Shown: in pieces, positions 12,889-26,728 of the stretch
Position numbering within the stretch: position 1 is the first letter of the stretch
Layout of the letters: each line of letters opens with the position of its first letter
Origin: Jimgerdemannia flammicorona
Taxonomy: Eukaryota
Direction: 5' to 3'
Length of the DNA: 49,121 nucleotides
NCBI GenBank assembly: GCA_003990765.1
Contig: RBNJ01000033.1
Span: 1 to 49,121, forward strand
Translations under genes and position numbers: made by a program
The notes under the pieces: model-generated
Seen by the model: only the letters and a program-made list of their open reading frames with translations
What the model was told of the DNA's origin: nothing
The model's database searches: none

Positions 12889-14875
12889 ATGGCCTACCTC
12901 CTTCCACGCCGCCGTGTCGTCGTCACTGGTCTAGGGCTCGTCACACCCCTTGCCACCGGCGTCAAGAACACCTGGGACCGCCTCTTGGGCTCGCAGAGCG
13001 GGATTATTTCCCTGACCGATACGCCCGGGTATGAGAGCTTCGCCGACCTGCCCGTCACCATTGCTGGCGTGGTGAAAAGCGGGTCGAAGAATGAGGGCAG
13101 GTTCGACGCATCGGAGTGGTTAGATCGAGGGGTGAGATGAGCGGGGGTTATTTTTATGTGATGCGATGATCTGTAATGTGGTCGCGATCTGAAAGTTCAT
13201 AATTGTGTGGATTGCTTGGTAGGACGACCGGGTGATGACGAAGTTCACACAATACTTCATGGCGGCTGCTAAGCAGGCCTTGGCAGATGCCGAGTGGATC
13301 ACACCCTCAGACGAGGAGAAGCTTCGGACGGTACGTGAATTTGCGCAGTGATGTTTGTCGTCCGTCTTCATTATTAAGATATGTGCTTTGCATATTCACA
13401 TTCAAAAGGGTGTATGTGTCGGCTCCGGCCTGGGTGGCCTGGAAGATTTGGTAAGCACTTCGAACTCGTTCAAAGAGCAGGTTTGTGTCAATATTTACAA
13501 TTTGGATGTTTCCATTGTCGATATAAATTGATTTCATCTTGGAATTATTCATGGTTCGAACAAACACGAAATATTATTAAACAGGGCTACAAAAAGCTCT
13601 CGCCAATGTTCATCCCCAAGCTACTCGTCAACATGGCTGGAGGACATCTCACAATGAAATTTGGTTTTCGGGTGGGTAGTATTTTTGGGCCCTCTTAAAA
13701 GCAGCAAGCATGTCCTAAAATTTCATCGATGACATCACTTAGGGTCCAAACCATGCCGTCTCGACGGCGTGTACCACGGGCGCGCATTCGATAGGTGACG
13801 CCATGCGATTCATCCAGTATGGTGATGCAGATGTCATGATCGCGGGAGGGTCGGAAGCGTGTGTTCACCCGTTGGCCGTGGCTGGGTTTTGCAAGTGAGT
13901 TAAGCAATGTGTTGCATATTTAGGGCTCTTACGAAAAAGCAAACGGTCGGAATAGTGCAGGCACAAGTATTGTTGGAGATGCAAAGCATGGTTTCGCCAT
14001 ATCCTTTCGACGACACTTCATTTAAACCCTTTTCGCAATCCACCACAGAGCCAAATCTCTCGCCACAGGCTATAACTCCAATCCCACCGAAGCCTCCCGC
14101 CCCTTCGACCGCGATCGTTCGGGTTTTGTGGTGAGCGAAGGCGCCGGAGTCGTGGTGCTCGAGGAGCTGGAGCACGCGCGTCGGCGCGGCGCGCGCGTTT
14201 ATGCGGAGATGAGGGGATACGGTCTATCCAGTGATGCGCATCACATCACCGCGCCGCCTGACGATGGGAATGGCGCAGCCCGCGCAATGGCGAGGGCGTT
14301 GGAGGTTGCTGGGTTGGGCCCCGCCGAGGTGGATTATGTGAACGCTCATGCTACGTCAACGTCTTTGGGTAGGTTGATTTTTATTCGGAGCGGGAACGAG
14401 CTTTTGAAACTATCAAAGAGATGTCTAAACTCTTTGCACCATATCTAGGCGACGCAGCGGAAAATCGTGCCATCAAATCCATCTTTGCCGGCCACACGGA
14501 TCACCTAGCCGTCTCATCAACCAAAGGCGCCATTGGTCACCTACTGGGAGCTGCGGGAGCCGTCGAGGCCGTCTTCACGATATTATCAATTTATCATGTA
14601 GGTTGAGTAGGTTATTTACTTCCTTTTTCATTCGACGAAAGTAATATTGTTAATTGCTGACATTATTTTCATTCATACCTTCGTGCATGTAACAGAACGT
14701 TCTGCCCCCGACGTTAAATCTTCATAATCCGGGCGACCCGGCTGAGGACTTTATGCTCAATTATGTCCCACGCCAGGCGCAGGATCGTACTGGCAACGGT
14801 GGCGTGCGCGCAGCGCTGACCAACAGTTTCGGCTTCGGCGGGACCAATGCGAGCTTGTGTTTTGCAAAGGTATAG
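12889..14875 (+). CDS. CEM1: Mitochondrial 3-oxoacyl-[ACP] synthase (FabF-like, CEM1/OXSM), multi-exon
   Basis: [23 protein letters not shown] (catalytic Cys), [50 protein letters not shown]. Confidence 0.93.
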
Positions 14876-15022
14876 GTCCGCGATAGTTATTTAGTTATTT
14901 GCAATAAACGTGACTCAGGAAAAATGGTGGCTTGAGAAAAAGAAAAATATGGCAGTCACTTTCATTCTTGAAAGGGTATTTACCATTGAACAGCGAGATC
15001 TGCCCTTTGAGCGCTCGAAAAC

Positions 15023-18000
15023 ATGGAGGAACAATTTGCGAAAATACGCACACAGATAAACTCTAAATTGGAGAATCAGAAACAGGTACGCGCCACGAAA
15101 CTTTGCAGTTATCAATCGAGACTAGCTTTATCGGAAGTAATTCCCCAAAAGCACCTTTGAGAATAATATGTCCGTATGTTCACTCTCTACTCCTTTCTGT
15201 GACATTTGCAGGTGGCAGTTGCTTTGATAGCTGTTGAAGAGGTATGCATACTGTTGCGCCAGGAAGTTGTCTCGCAAGGAAATTGTCTCGTATTTTTTTT
15301 TTTTTTTTTTTTTTTTTCTCGGAGCACCGAGTTTACGACCTACTATCAAGTCATACTACCATTACCTATTTTTAGGCCCTGAAGGAGCAAAATGCACCGA
15401 AAACGCCGACGGCTTATTTTGCGGCTCTGGTAAGTCATGATTTATTTGCTTAGTCTTTGTGAATGGATGTGAAATTGATCCCAACCATCATGTACCGCAG
15501 ATGACTACCCTCGAGGCTCAGAAGAATGCGCAGGGCAGGTCGGAGATTCGGACGGCTATTCTATATCTTTTGGATATTGTCTTTCCGAGGTAAGGAGGGC
15601 TCATAATTTGCCTATCTTTGCGGCGGCGATGGCGGTATTGCTGCTTCATGCCCTTGATGATTGTTTCATAGAGCTGTGGAAACGTACCGATATTCTGTAT
15701 AGGTTGCCGCAGTCCGTGTTGCGGAGCAAGTTCCCAGAAGTTTTGGTTATTTTGGCGACATCTTTGGAAAAGGATAAGGCGGAGGCGCCTACTATCCGTT
15801 CGGTACGTTGTATCCTTATCGATTTGATGCACTTCCCCCTCCTCATTGTCCTTACTATCATCTCCCTTCTTCGCAGGTCATTGGTTGCCTCGAAACCCTT
15901 CTGATTGCCCAAGATACCGCGACCTGGATCCAAGCCACCACCAAAAAAGCTTTCCAAACCCTCCTCGTCCTCTCCATCGATCCCCGCCCAAAGGTCCGCA
16001 AGCGCGCCCAGGATGCCTCACGGAAGATCCTCACCCACCTACCGCCGCCGACCGTCCAGCATCCCGCCGCACCTATGACGGCTGATTTTTGTTTGAGAGT
16101 GCTCAAGGAATGCACCAAGACGGACCAGCAGTCCGCGTTGCATGTGCTGGCGTTGGTGAAGATGATTGTGGCCGTTTGGCCTTCTTCGGTATGCGAATCC
16201 TGTGCAATTTTATACAGTGGTTATAAGCAAAACAAAATTTAAGTAAACAACCTGGCTTTGACAGAGGTTGCATACTTACGTCATTAACCATGCGCGTTTC
16301 ACCTTTGCTCATTCTTCTCAATTCCGACACCAGCACTACGCTCCCCTATGCGAGATCATGCTGCAGCTTCCCAAGTTCAACAAGCCTTTCCTCACCATGT
16401 CCTCGTTTGAGGTGTTCGAGTCATTGTTCGGGAGTGAGAGTATCTCATTTGACGCGGAAAAATTTGAGGAAGTTTTGAGGGTGGGTATTTTTCTCCTTCA
16501 TCGGCATGGCATCAGGGATTTGAATCAAAGAAGTTCTTTGATGGACACCTGTCGATGGACGATGGATTTTTTTTTTTTTTGGTTGTGTGTTTAAATGACG
16601 AGCAGTATATGCAATTCAATTTTACGTAGATATGGTGCTGGTACTGGTAGAATAGCAGAATATCTGACTGATCGATATTTTGTACTTGTATTCAGGCCAT
16701 CTGCGAGTTGAAGCCAAGCGTTAACGACGAGCAACTGATGCCCCCGTGGCTTGAAATTGTTGGCAAAGGTTACCCTGCGTTTGCAAAGTACGTCGCATTT
16801 CTTTCGCCGTGTATACTCAGGCCGTATCTCATTGATCTCATCGCTCACAACCGCTCTTGGATTCCGTACTTTGTAGAATCAACCCGACGGGTTGCGCCGC
16901 CGCTCTTCTCACCCTCTTTCACCTTATCTTCCCTGACATGCAAACCCACACACGCACCATCTACCTACCCGTCGCCCGCTGTCTCGGCAAGTTGACTCTC
17001 CACTGCATCACAGACGATATGATTTCCGTGGCTTTAGCCACCGTCAACTCCGGAACTAAGACCCGTACTCCTCTGCAAGAGATTATTGCCGTGGTGGAGA
17101 ACGGGTTGGGGATTCGGTATCAAGCTGCGTGGAATGAGGTGTTAGTCGTATTGCAGGCATTGTTCAAGGTTCGTAGGGTGAAGGAATAAGTGTTTATTAA
17201 GTGCCTCCTGCGAAGGTATCTTTCTAAGATTGATATATGAAATTTCAAATAGCGTCTCCATCGTGCCTCCTCACCGCTCCTAAACGACGCCCTCGAATTG
17301 ATGGGTGAGCTGCGTCTGGCTCCTGAGGATACCTATATTGAACGTCTGGAGGCCGCTCTTGGCTCTGCAGTCGCCCACATAGGCCCCGAGAAATTCCTCC
17401 AAGTCCTACCTTTGAATCTCGAGAACCCGGGCACCTCCAATGCCATTGGCCGCGCCTTCCTTCTCCCCTTGCTTAAAGACCACATTACCAACACCGAAAT
17501 GGGATACTTTGTCCGCGAACTGATCCCCCTTGGCGACCGCCTCGCCCAGAAATCCCAGGAGTTCACTGACAAGGGTCGTGCGATCGAAGCTAAGGTCTAC
17601 GAGACCATGGCGCAGCAGATCTGGAGCCTCGTTCCCGGCTTCTGCGACCTGCCGCTCGACCTCCCGCATGCCTTCACCAAGACCATCGCCGAACGGTTCA
17701 GCAATGTCCTTTACTCGCAGCCGGATCTACGTCCCGTCATCTCGCAGGGCTTGCAAGCGCTCGTCGAGAAGAATCAGGCGTTGGCGAGGTCGGATGCCGA
17801 CGATGTAGATTTGAAGAAAGCATATGGACTGAGCAAGGCGGATGCGGTGAGGAATGTGCAGATTATGAGCGCGTTTGCGGTGAACTATTTGGCAGTGTAT
17901 TTCAATGTGTTCAGTCAAACGCTGCCGATGTATCGCGGGTATATCTTGGATGTGATCAAGTGTTATTTGGGAATCACGAACGCCAAGGTTTGTGCGGTTT

Positions 18001-20635
18001 TATTATCTATAATAAAACCTTTGGTGCATCATGTTGTATCATTGACCTCTCTATCGATTTTTATATTCTGTTCGCTCTTAGCACTGAATTTATTCACGTT
18101 TTCCATTCGCGATTCTCATTTATCACCAGGATACCAATGCCACCTTCAAAAAGGTTCTCACTCACCTCTCCCAATCTCTCGTCAACTCCACCCCGGCCAT
18201 TAACGATCCAACCATTCCCCCGCCCATGTCCTACACCATGATGGACCTCGCCATCACCATGGTCCCCTTCCTCAGCACCGACTCCACCCAACACCTCTAC
18301 GCCCTCGTCACCTCCTCGCTCCTCTCGCGTGAGGACGAACCCACCCTCCAAAAGAAGACGTACAAGGTCCTCAACCGCATGGCTGAGTGCGAGACCGGTC
18401 GCGCCGTCTTGCTGCACAATATCAACGACCTGCAGACCCGGTTGCTCGACGCGATGGGAGCGACCGCCCCGAGCTCAAAGAAGGATCGGTTGCAGACGTT
18501 GCTGAACACGGTGGAGTTGCTGCCAAGCACGGACCTGCATTTGATCCCGAGCGTCTTATCAGAGGCGGTCGTGTGCACGAAGGAGGTCAATGAGAAGGCG
18601 AGGATTTTGGCGTACGATCTTTTGGTCTCGATGGGGAAAAAGATGAGGGAGGGCGGGACGGTCGTGAACAGTAAGGTCGATGGGATGGAAGAGGATATGC
18701 CGGATGGTAGGTGTTTTGCAGCTAGCTTGTCGGTGTGGGTGCATTTCATAAGCAATGTGTTTTCTCGGATTCAGCAGACTTGCACTTTGTGTCGGTTCTC
18801 ACCTATTTATTTATCTTTCGGTCTGATCGCCTTGCATAGTGAAAGCGACAATCGCCGAGTACTTTATGATGGTGACAGCCGGTTTGGCGGGTTCGACGCC
18901 GCATATGATCAGCGCTACTATCACCAGTTTGTCGAGGTTGTTATTCGAGTTCAAAGGTATGTTACCTCAGTTTATATATATATATATATATTCCCTTTAA
19001 TATTACCTAAATAGTAGCGCATGCGATATTCAAAAATTATTATTATTATTATTATAATTATTATTATTATTCGTTCAGATTCCCTCAATCCCTCCCTCGT
19101 TTCCGACCTCCTACAGACAATGCACATGTTTGTCGAATCCTCAAATCGTGAGATTGTGAAATCCGCGCTCGGTTTCGTTAAGGTCGCGACTGTCTCCCTC
19201 GAGCCACATCTGCTGCAGCCCCACCTGCCGCAGATCGTCCTGGGCATTCTCACTTGGAGTCACGAGCACAAGAGTCACTTTAAGGCAAAGGTGCGGCACA
19301 TCTTCGAGCGGTTGATTCGCAAGTTTGGGTAAGTGGGAATATTACGATAGCGCCCATCGGCTTGGTTTGTACTATAGAGGACCGATCAAATAGGTGTGTG
19401 AATGAGCCATTCTCTCGGTATTCGATTCGCTTCATCTAGTTATGAAAAAATTGAAACCCTGGTCCCTGAAGACGACAAGAAGCTTCTGGTTAACATCAAG
19501 AAACGTCGCGAGCGTGCCAAGCGCAAAAAGGCAGCCAACGCTGAGATGGAATCGGATGGAGAGGAGGCAATTGAAGAGTTGCCCGCTGTGCATCACGGCA
19601 AGAGCTATAATAACGCATACGAGGATGCGCTGTATGGGAGCGAGAGCGAACTAGAGGATTCTGAAGAGGAGGAATCACATGGGTTGGATGCAGGGAAGGA
19701 GAAGAGGCAAAAAGAAAAGGTGAATTTGATTGATATTATGCGGGGGAACAAAGTCGTGTTTTTGTAGTGTTGGCATTTGGTTCCGTGAACGTATGCGCTT
19801 TATTTTTCATTTGGCTGACGTTACTATATCAATCGCCATTTTTTTTTATAGAATAAGAAGCAGATTAGTGAAACATGGATTAAGGAAGACATGGAAGGGC
19901 CGCTAGATTTTCTTGATCGCGGTGTTGTTGGGCGTATTACATGTAAGTTATTCAATTGATCTCTTCTTTTTCTTTTTCACTCCTTTCTTTCTGTTGTCGC
20001 TCCACTTACTTCATCCCACCTACCCACAGCATCCAAACCGACCCCTCGTAAAGGTCGCCGCGTGACGGGCGACGATTTCACGACGGGTGAGGACGGTCGC
20101 ATGATGATCAACGAATCCGACTCCGATGCCGATGCCGCTGGCATCGACGAGGATGGTGCGGCGGTGGCCGAGAACCATTACCTCCAGGCGCAGAGGAGCG
20201 AGGACGGGTTCACGCGTGGGCAAGGCAACCGCATCAAGTTCAACAAGAGGCGGAGGGGAGAGGCAGCTGGGGACGAGGATATGATGGATGTCGATGAGCC
20301 GACGAGAGAACCCGGCGCAGAGAAGAAGAGGAGCAATGGGAAGGGTGGAGTCGTTATGTTGGGCAAGGAGTATAAGGCTAAGGTAATTTCGATTGCGGTC
20401 GGGATTCGGTGGAGATTATTAATTATTGTACTTAATTCAGGCATTTACTTGAAATTCCTGGCCATAATAGCAACTCTAATCATATACCAATCAACCATTA
20501 CCACAGCGCGCAGGTGGTGATATCAAGAAGAAGGGCAAACCGGACCCATACGCCTACCTACCGCTCACCAAGGCGATCAAGAAAAAGGGCCAGCGCGGGC
20601 CGACGGTGTCCGTCACGGGCAAGGCGAGGAAGTAA
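15023..20635 (+). CDS. RRP12: Ribosome biogenesis HEAT-repeat protein Rrp12 (NUC173 domain), multi-exon
   Basis: N-terminus MEEQFAKIRTQINSKLENQKQ. Motifs DPRPKVRKRAQD, GPEKFLQVLPLNL, RAFLLPLL, QIWSLVPGFCDLPLD, REIVKSALGFVKV, HFKAKVRHIFERLIRKFG, GKEYKAK..GDIKKKGKPDPYAYLPL. Confidence 0.95.
19037..19071. repeat. (ATT)n microsatellite inside an RRP12 intron
   Basis: Directly visible; produces the poly-Ile artefact ORFs. Confidence 0.9.
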
Positions 20636-20886
20636 TACGGGGAGGTTTGTTGAAATGACTGCGAAAAAGGGCAATGTCTGTCTTCATGATATACGCGGGG
20701 GGATGGGCACAGATTTTATTTTCAATAGAACGATGACAATCTAGATGCGCGAGTGATGTTATTATATTCGACGACAAATGCATGATTTGCAGCATGTATT
20801 CTATTTACACATTCACAATTACATGTTCCTAAAAAAAAAAGTTAAGTTTTTGTGATATAAAATTTCATGTTCTCCATATCATCTAG

Positions 20887-21566
20887 CTACACAGTCTCCA
20901 CCTCCATGTTTGCCTCCTTCAGCACGCGCACCCCACGCTTCCCGTTATCTGTCGTCAACCCGACGGCGGCCTCAGCCTCCTTCTGTGTGTATGGCTCGTC
21001 CTTGAGCTGTTTCAGCCGGCGCTTGTGGACCTTGCCGCGATAATGTTCCGACAGGGCCATCGAGGTCGTGAAGTGTTTGCTATAAGTGTTAGATGGTTAG
21101 GGTGAATGAAGGCAAAATATGGGTGCCTTTTAGAAAAGCCCGGCCCTCCACAAAACAAAACAAAAAACGAGCTTCCCCAAGATATACTCACGCGCACGTT
21201 ATACAGTAGTGCTGTCCCAACCCTGGCAGATCCGCGTCGACGGGCTGGCTGGCAAGTTTGGCGGCGTTCTCGGGCTTCAGGTCTTCGTGAACCTGATCAA
21301 GCATCTTGGAAAAGGCGCGGGTGCGCATCGCGCGCGAAGTGTCGCGGATACCATGGTGAGTGCGCGAGCGGCGGAGTCTGCGCGGGATCGTGTACAAGGA
21401 TGATTGGGGGGGAGGCGAACGGCGGTGAGAGGAAAAACGGGAAAAGGCATATCGTGTGAATGGGTAAGGTCAACGATCAGAGATTATAAACGTGCTAGTG
21501 CGGACGGACGGTTTTCAAAAGGGTTCCCTTGTCCCAGCGACCGAATGGCACAGCATACCTTCCCAT
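20887..21566 (-). CDS. BUD20: C2H2 zinc-finger pre-60S export factor Bud20/ZNF593, three exons
   Basis: ATG GGA AG|gtatgc intron, then [64 protein letters not shown]. Stop at 20887. Confidence 0.93.
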
Positions 21567-22275
21567 GTCGAAAAGCTGAATTGTGTAGAGCTTGGAGAGA
21601 TGTATTTTTTCTTTTCTACGCGTCCAATCACCGCTGGTCACATGATTTCAGCTAATTATATCATTTTCGGTTCTCGTCCGCTTTACAGCACTCCCCTCCC
21701 TTTTTTTTTTTTTTTTTTTTGCTCGGTCTTCCTCCCGTATATCCCATCTCTAAGCCGCCCAGCGTCGGTACCAATTGTCCGATGCAAACTCGTCTTTAGC
21801 TACTGCGAGCATTGGAGGGAGCACGGGATGGTGTTCGTTTTCGAGAACTGGGATGCGAGCACGCATCTTGTTATATTCATGTGCAGAGTATATACAAGGT
21901 TCTGTGACTCTACCAACTCTTGCACCTTTGGTGCTACCTACTTAATATTGGTCATTTCCAACATCTCAATGATAACCTAATTGCTACCACAATAACCAAA
22001 CTTGATAAAAAAAAAAACTTGACCATATCAAAAAAAAAAGAGTTGCAGTCAAACTCTACTATAAATCTGCTACTTCTGACACCATGTGATATTTGCTAGT
22101 AGGGGTCGCCCCAAGTGGAAACGTCCTCTGATTCTGGATAGGTGTCTTTCTTTTGTTTTGTTTTTTTTTTCTGTGGATAGGTGTCTTTCTTGTAACTGTT
22201 GTCCTAAACACCAAATTTCGATCCAGAGGGCATTTAATTCAATATATATATTACAAACCATCTATCTATCCCAAC

Positions 22276-22430
22276 TAGTGCTCCCAACGAATCGAATCGA
22301 ATCGAATTGAGGTTCTCAAGGGTCCTATTCGATTCAAAGTTCAATTCGAAAAAATTCAATAACTCGACGAAACATGTTATTGGACGTATTCGAACTCAAT
22401 TCGATTCGATTCGAATTGATTCGAGCACTA
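22276..22430. mobile_element. 155-bp non-autonomous hAT element (MITE)
   Basis: Termini TAGTGCTC...GAGCACTA, inverted (GAATC)n/(GATTC)n subterminal arrays, 8-bp TSD ATCCCAAC (22268-22275) / ATCTCAAC (22431-22438). Confidence 0.88.
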
Positions 22431-23868
22431 ATCTCAACCTTTATTATATTCTAGTTTAGCCACTATATTCTCTCTGCTGTATCCATGTATTCTCAATCAA
22501 CTCTGCAATCTGACAGTTTCAAGCTAAGAGCCTGTATCAAATGTGACGAGGACATATGTACGGTCGAACCCTACCAACCTCCAACTCGCCCATTTTTTAT
22601 TTTTATTTTTTTCTTTTTTGCGGATACAATAATGAGTTTACCGGGTTGATGCGTTTAACCTCGAAAGTATGTTGGAACCGTGTTTGCAGCTTTATGTTAA
22701 GTTCCTGGGCATGTTTGTTCAGGTATCTTCGGGCAGTCCTCAAGTATATACTTGTTTGATCCGTCCAGTCCGAGCCGATGGGGTAATTATTTATTGTAAA
22801 TTGAGCCGGAACACGCAAGAAACAACGTACGTAAGCGGTCTCTGGGAATGGCGCAATCATTGACAGCTATGGTATAGGTAAGCTCGCTAGCACGGATTTC
22901 CAACTGCTGTGTTTCAAGTCGCAACGCAGTCACTCTGTTTTTCACTTCAAGCCGAACTTCTACATTTTGGTAATGAAATATGTTGAGCAGAGTTCCCTCA
23001 CAGACGACCTGAAGAACAGGGGTCGTCGAATCTGGAGTCGCATACTGTTTGTTCGTCAATGGAAGCAAAGGGAAAGAATAAGATCACAAGATCGCATTTG
23101 GAAAAAGGATCTCGCGATTTCTGTTAGGGTATTTGTTATGCGCCCACTACGCCAAACATTTATGATATGTGACATATGTCACATTTTTCGTGTTGAAAGC
23201 GTATATCGTTACTTGTGTCTCACTGTTTCCCCCCACTGTTACATTGTCTTTTTGACCTTCCAAACCCCATTGACGTTACGCCCCAAGTATTTTGCCTGCC
23301 TTTGCAATGTCTTCACGGCTCTCGTTTTACTTTTTAGTCTCCTTAAACTTTTCACTCCTCATTGCCAATTTCGAGAATCCGACCAAATGGAACTAATTCA
23401 GCCAGAATGCGACAAGCACAGAAGTCCTCGGCGGTACAAGCGAAATTAACTCAAGCTCGTGGATTGGAACAACCCAGATAGGTCACATTCAGGTACACAT
23501 ATATTAGAGTTTGAGTACACACAGGCATATGATCATAAGTATGGACTATTGGGTACATGATCATCTGCTAACTCATTTGGAACCTTGTAAAATAGGGTGC
23601 ACAATCTTGGGCACACAACTGCTAATATAGTACCAATCTTATAACTATATTTGCCATTGGCTGTAAATAATTATATATTAACTGTGAGCAATTTTGAGAT
23701 TTTTCACCAAATTTACAAATATAATTTCATATACCTCAACTTATTTTCTGTGCACCTAGTTCAGTCAACTCAGAGTGCTTATACTATTTTGTTATATTTT
23801 GATATTTGATTGACAATAAATATTTTTATAAATTTAATAAAATGAATATCTGTTATTCTTTAAATATT

Positions 23869-23869
<1 letters not shown>

Positions 23870-23935
<66 letters not shown>

Positions 23936-25108
23936 TTTTATGGACTCAGAGTCCTGCAGATTTTTATTGAAAGGAAATCTAAACTATATAGGCCAAAACC
24001 CTCTCTTATCACTCATCAAGTACTGCTCTCTCATTAACCTAGGCTAGCTATTGTCTAGTAGCTTGACCATGCCAGGTGCAGTAGAGTCTATATTGGCCTG
24101 CACCTCATTCTGTATACCATAGTCTCTCTATCACCAGAGAGAACTCAGCTATATATCAATAACTGAAAGCATATGCCTGAGATCTCAACATATATATAAG
24201 ACCATATCTGAGCTAAATAGAATAGCCTCTATTACCCCAAAGAGAATGACAGATAAAGAAAACCTCTCATCAAAACATATTACAGTAGATAGGGCCTAGT
24301 TCTCCTAGATGAGATAAGTAGAGGACTTACATATAAGGTAGGAGGAGACCCTCAATACCCCACTACTCAAGTCTGTAGGCCTTGATCATATTGCTGTATC
24401 AGCTCCTGGTTCCAGTTGAGTATAGCCAAGATGTCTGAAATAGGTAGCCTTGGGCCCCCTGACTCCTCTCAATGACCAGAGCTCAATCTGCCAAATTGCT
24501 AAAAGAAGCCAAAAGTGACACCTACTACCTAATCACTCCACATCAATCAAAAGGCCCCACCAAAGCAGTACCCACCTCAGCCCCAATGACTGCCCCCAGT
24601 CTGGTACCCTACTGGTTCACCGTAATTGCCCTTCCTCCTATCTATGATAGCCATCTCCTCTCCCATCCTGATAATATCTAAAAAACAGTTACCTACATCA
24701 GAACCATACTTACTGGAAAGCTTGCCAAAGCCAGAGGACCCCACCACAGATACTAAGGATCTGCAGGTAACCTACACTGGGCACTTGATGCCCAAGATTG
24801 GCTGACTCTCTATATAACCTATAATATATCAAGACAATATCTTATTAGTGATAACAAAAGGAAGAAAGCACTGCACCAAAATGAGTACACTCCAGATGCA
24901 GCTAAAGGCACCAGAATCTGTGAAAGAGTGGAGAAGACACTGATCTGACACTGATAAAGGGGCAACTCATCACTATTGCCCTCCTCCCACTATGTCCATG
25001 CAGGCACAGCAAACCAACCTGAGGTAGAGGAGGTAATAATAGGGGAAAGGGGACTTGGAAGGTTGCCTACCAAACCTTGTGACCAGTAAGGTAGTGGAGA
25101 AAGGAGCA
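23870..25108 (-). mobile_element. 5'-truncated, decayed LINE-like non-LTR retroelement
   Basis: ~65-nt T-tract at the left end, 13-bp TSD TCTTTAAATATTG (23857-23869 and 25109-25121), body homologous to 42581-42902. Confidence 0.85.
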
Positions 25109-25544
25109 TCTTTAAATATTGTTATATAGTTAGTATAATAAGCTATGTATATGTTAGAGTTTGTTTATTGTAATGTGCCTGGCTCAATGGAGGCAAATTA
25201 CAAGGTTGGGGGTTGATGTAGTTTGGCTTGAGCCCCCAGTTACTTTGTCAAAAGCAATAAAATGTTCTAAGATTCCTTATTGGTCCTTGGTGTTTAGTGG
25301 TATAATAGTCAAAGCTGGATATCTGCGATCGATTTCCTTATTGGGATGGTTCTCTGGGTGTAGCAGCGATTTGTGTGTGGCGGTTTCCTTATGCGATTTC
25401 TTCGAGACGATCTCTGTGTAGCGCGACGATCTCCAAAAGTATGCGATTTCTGGCATGACGATCTTGTGTGGCGGTGTTCCTTATGCGGAACTCGATTTTG
25501 GCGTGGATTCCCCTGAATCAGCAGGCTCTCTGAGAATAACGGAT

Positions 25545-25760
25545 AACTTGATAACTCGGATAACTCGGATAACTCGGATGTCGTGGGTTCTTCCTGAACC
25601 GGGCTCACTGGGAATGGATAAATAACTCGGGTGGCGGATATTCGGATAACTCAGATGTCACAGATTCTTCCTGAATTGGCGGGCTTCTGGGAAATAACTC
25701 GGATGGCGTGGATAATTCGGATAACTCGGATAACTCGGGTGACTCGGAAAACTCGGATGG
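25545..25760. repeat. GGATAACTC 9-bp repeats within a locally duplicated CpG-rich segment
   Basis: GATAACTCG arrays at ~25545-25580, ~25620-25655 and ~25695-25760. Parent element not identified. Confidence 0.75.
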
Positions 25761-26728
25761 CAGATTCTTGGCAAAGTTACGTCAAAGACTGGCTTCGTTT
25801 GCGCGGGGTTATGTCGTAGACTGGCTCCACTGCGAAGTTGCATCAGAAGACTGGCTTGTGGCAAGAATAGCGGCTCTCTGGAAATGTCGGATAACTTAAA
25901 TGGCGGCGGACTTCTTGAAAATGGCGGCTCTTCCTTGAGTGGCGGATTTTACTTCAAAAGGCGGCGAAGTTCTTCACTCGAACTTTGGCAGGCTTATCTG
26001 GCAAGCGAACCAAAAATGGACTCGTTCTTTGTATTGGAAAGTGGACTGGAGTGGAAAGTAAGCTCACAATCTCCTTAGAGTTATGTTAGGCAGACTTGTT
26101 TTTTGCTTTGAATTTTTGGACTGAGGTTTATTCACTCTTGTCTCTGGAGTATTTTATACAGTTGTGGTTGCTATTTGGTTACTATGTTGCTAATTATAGA
26201 TTGCTATCTATGGCAGGTGTACCTGGACAGTATAGTATACCCACTCGGTACAGGTAAACATACTGTTCTGGCTAATTATTGTAATGGTGACCCCAGAATG
26301 ATGACATCAGTACAGGAGACAGCCTTTCCTTGCAAGCCACCAGATCGGAGCACAAGAAGATCATATGGCATATGAGATGAGCAATAATGACCAACTGTGA
26401 GTCATTGTGACCACAGTACAAGCATCCTGAAGAATATAAAAGAAGGATTAAGGAATCGCAGTAGCAGTAACCAACAAGAACTACCAATCCCAAAATAGCT
26501 CAAAGACTTACTACAAACAAAATGCCTGCTGTCTGCCAAACCTCAAGGTCAAGGAATCACTAAGATATCTCGGTTGAGGAAAGGATGTTCCAAGACATCA
26601 GAAGAGCCATGAGGACCTGCTCAAGAAGGACTCCTAGTGTCAACCTGGGTACTGCAGACTCTTATCACTTTATTCTCTACCGCTATGAAATGGAAACAAG
26701 GATCACTATTGCTACTGAATGCCTCTAA

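Noticed and set aside
22556-23449. Several overlapping 60-160 aa ORFs
   Set aside because: No recognisable motif or consistent splice model. A gene fragment cannot be excluded.
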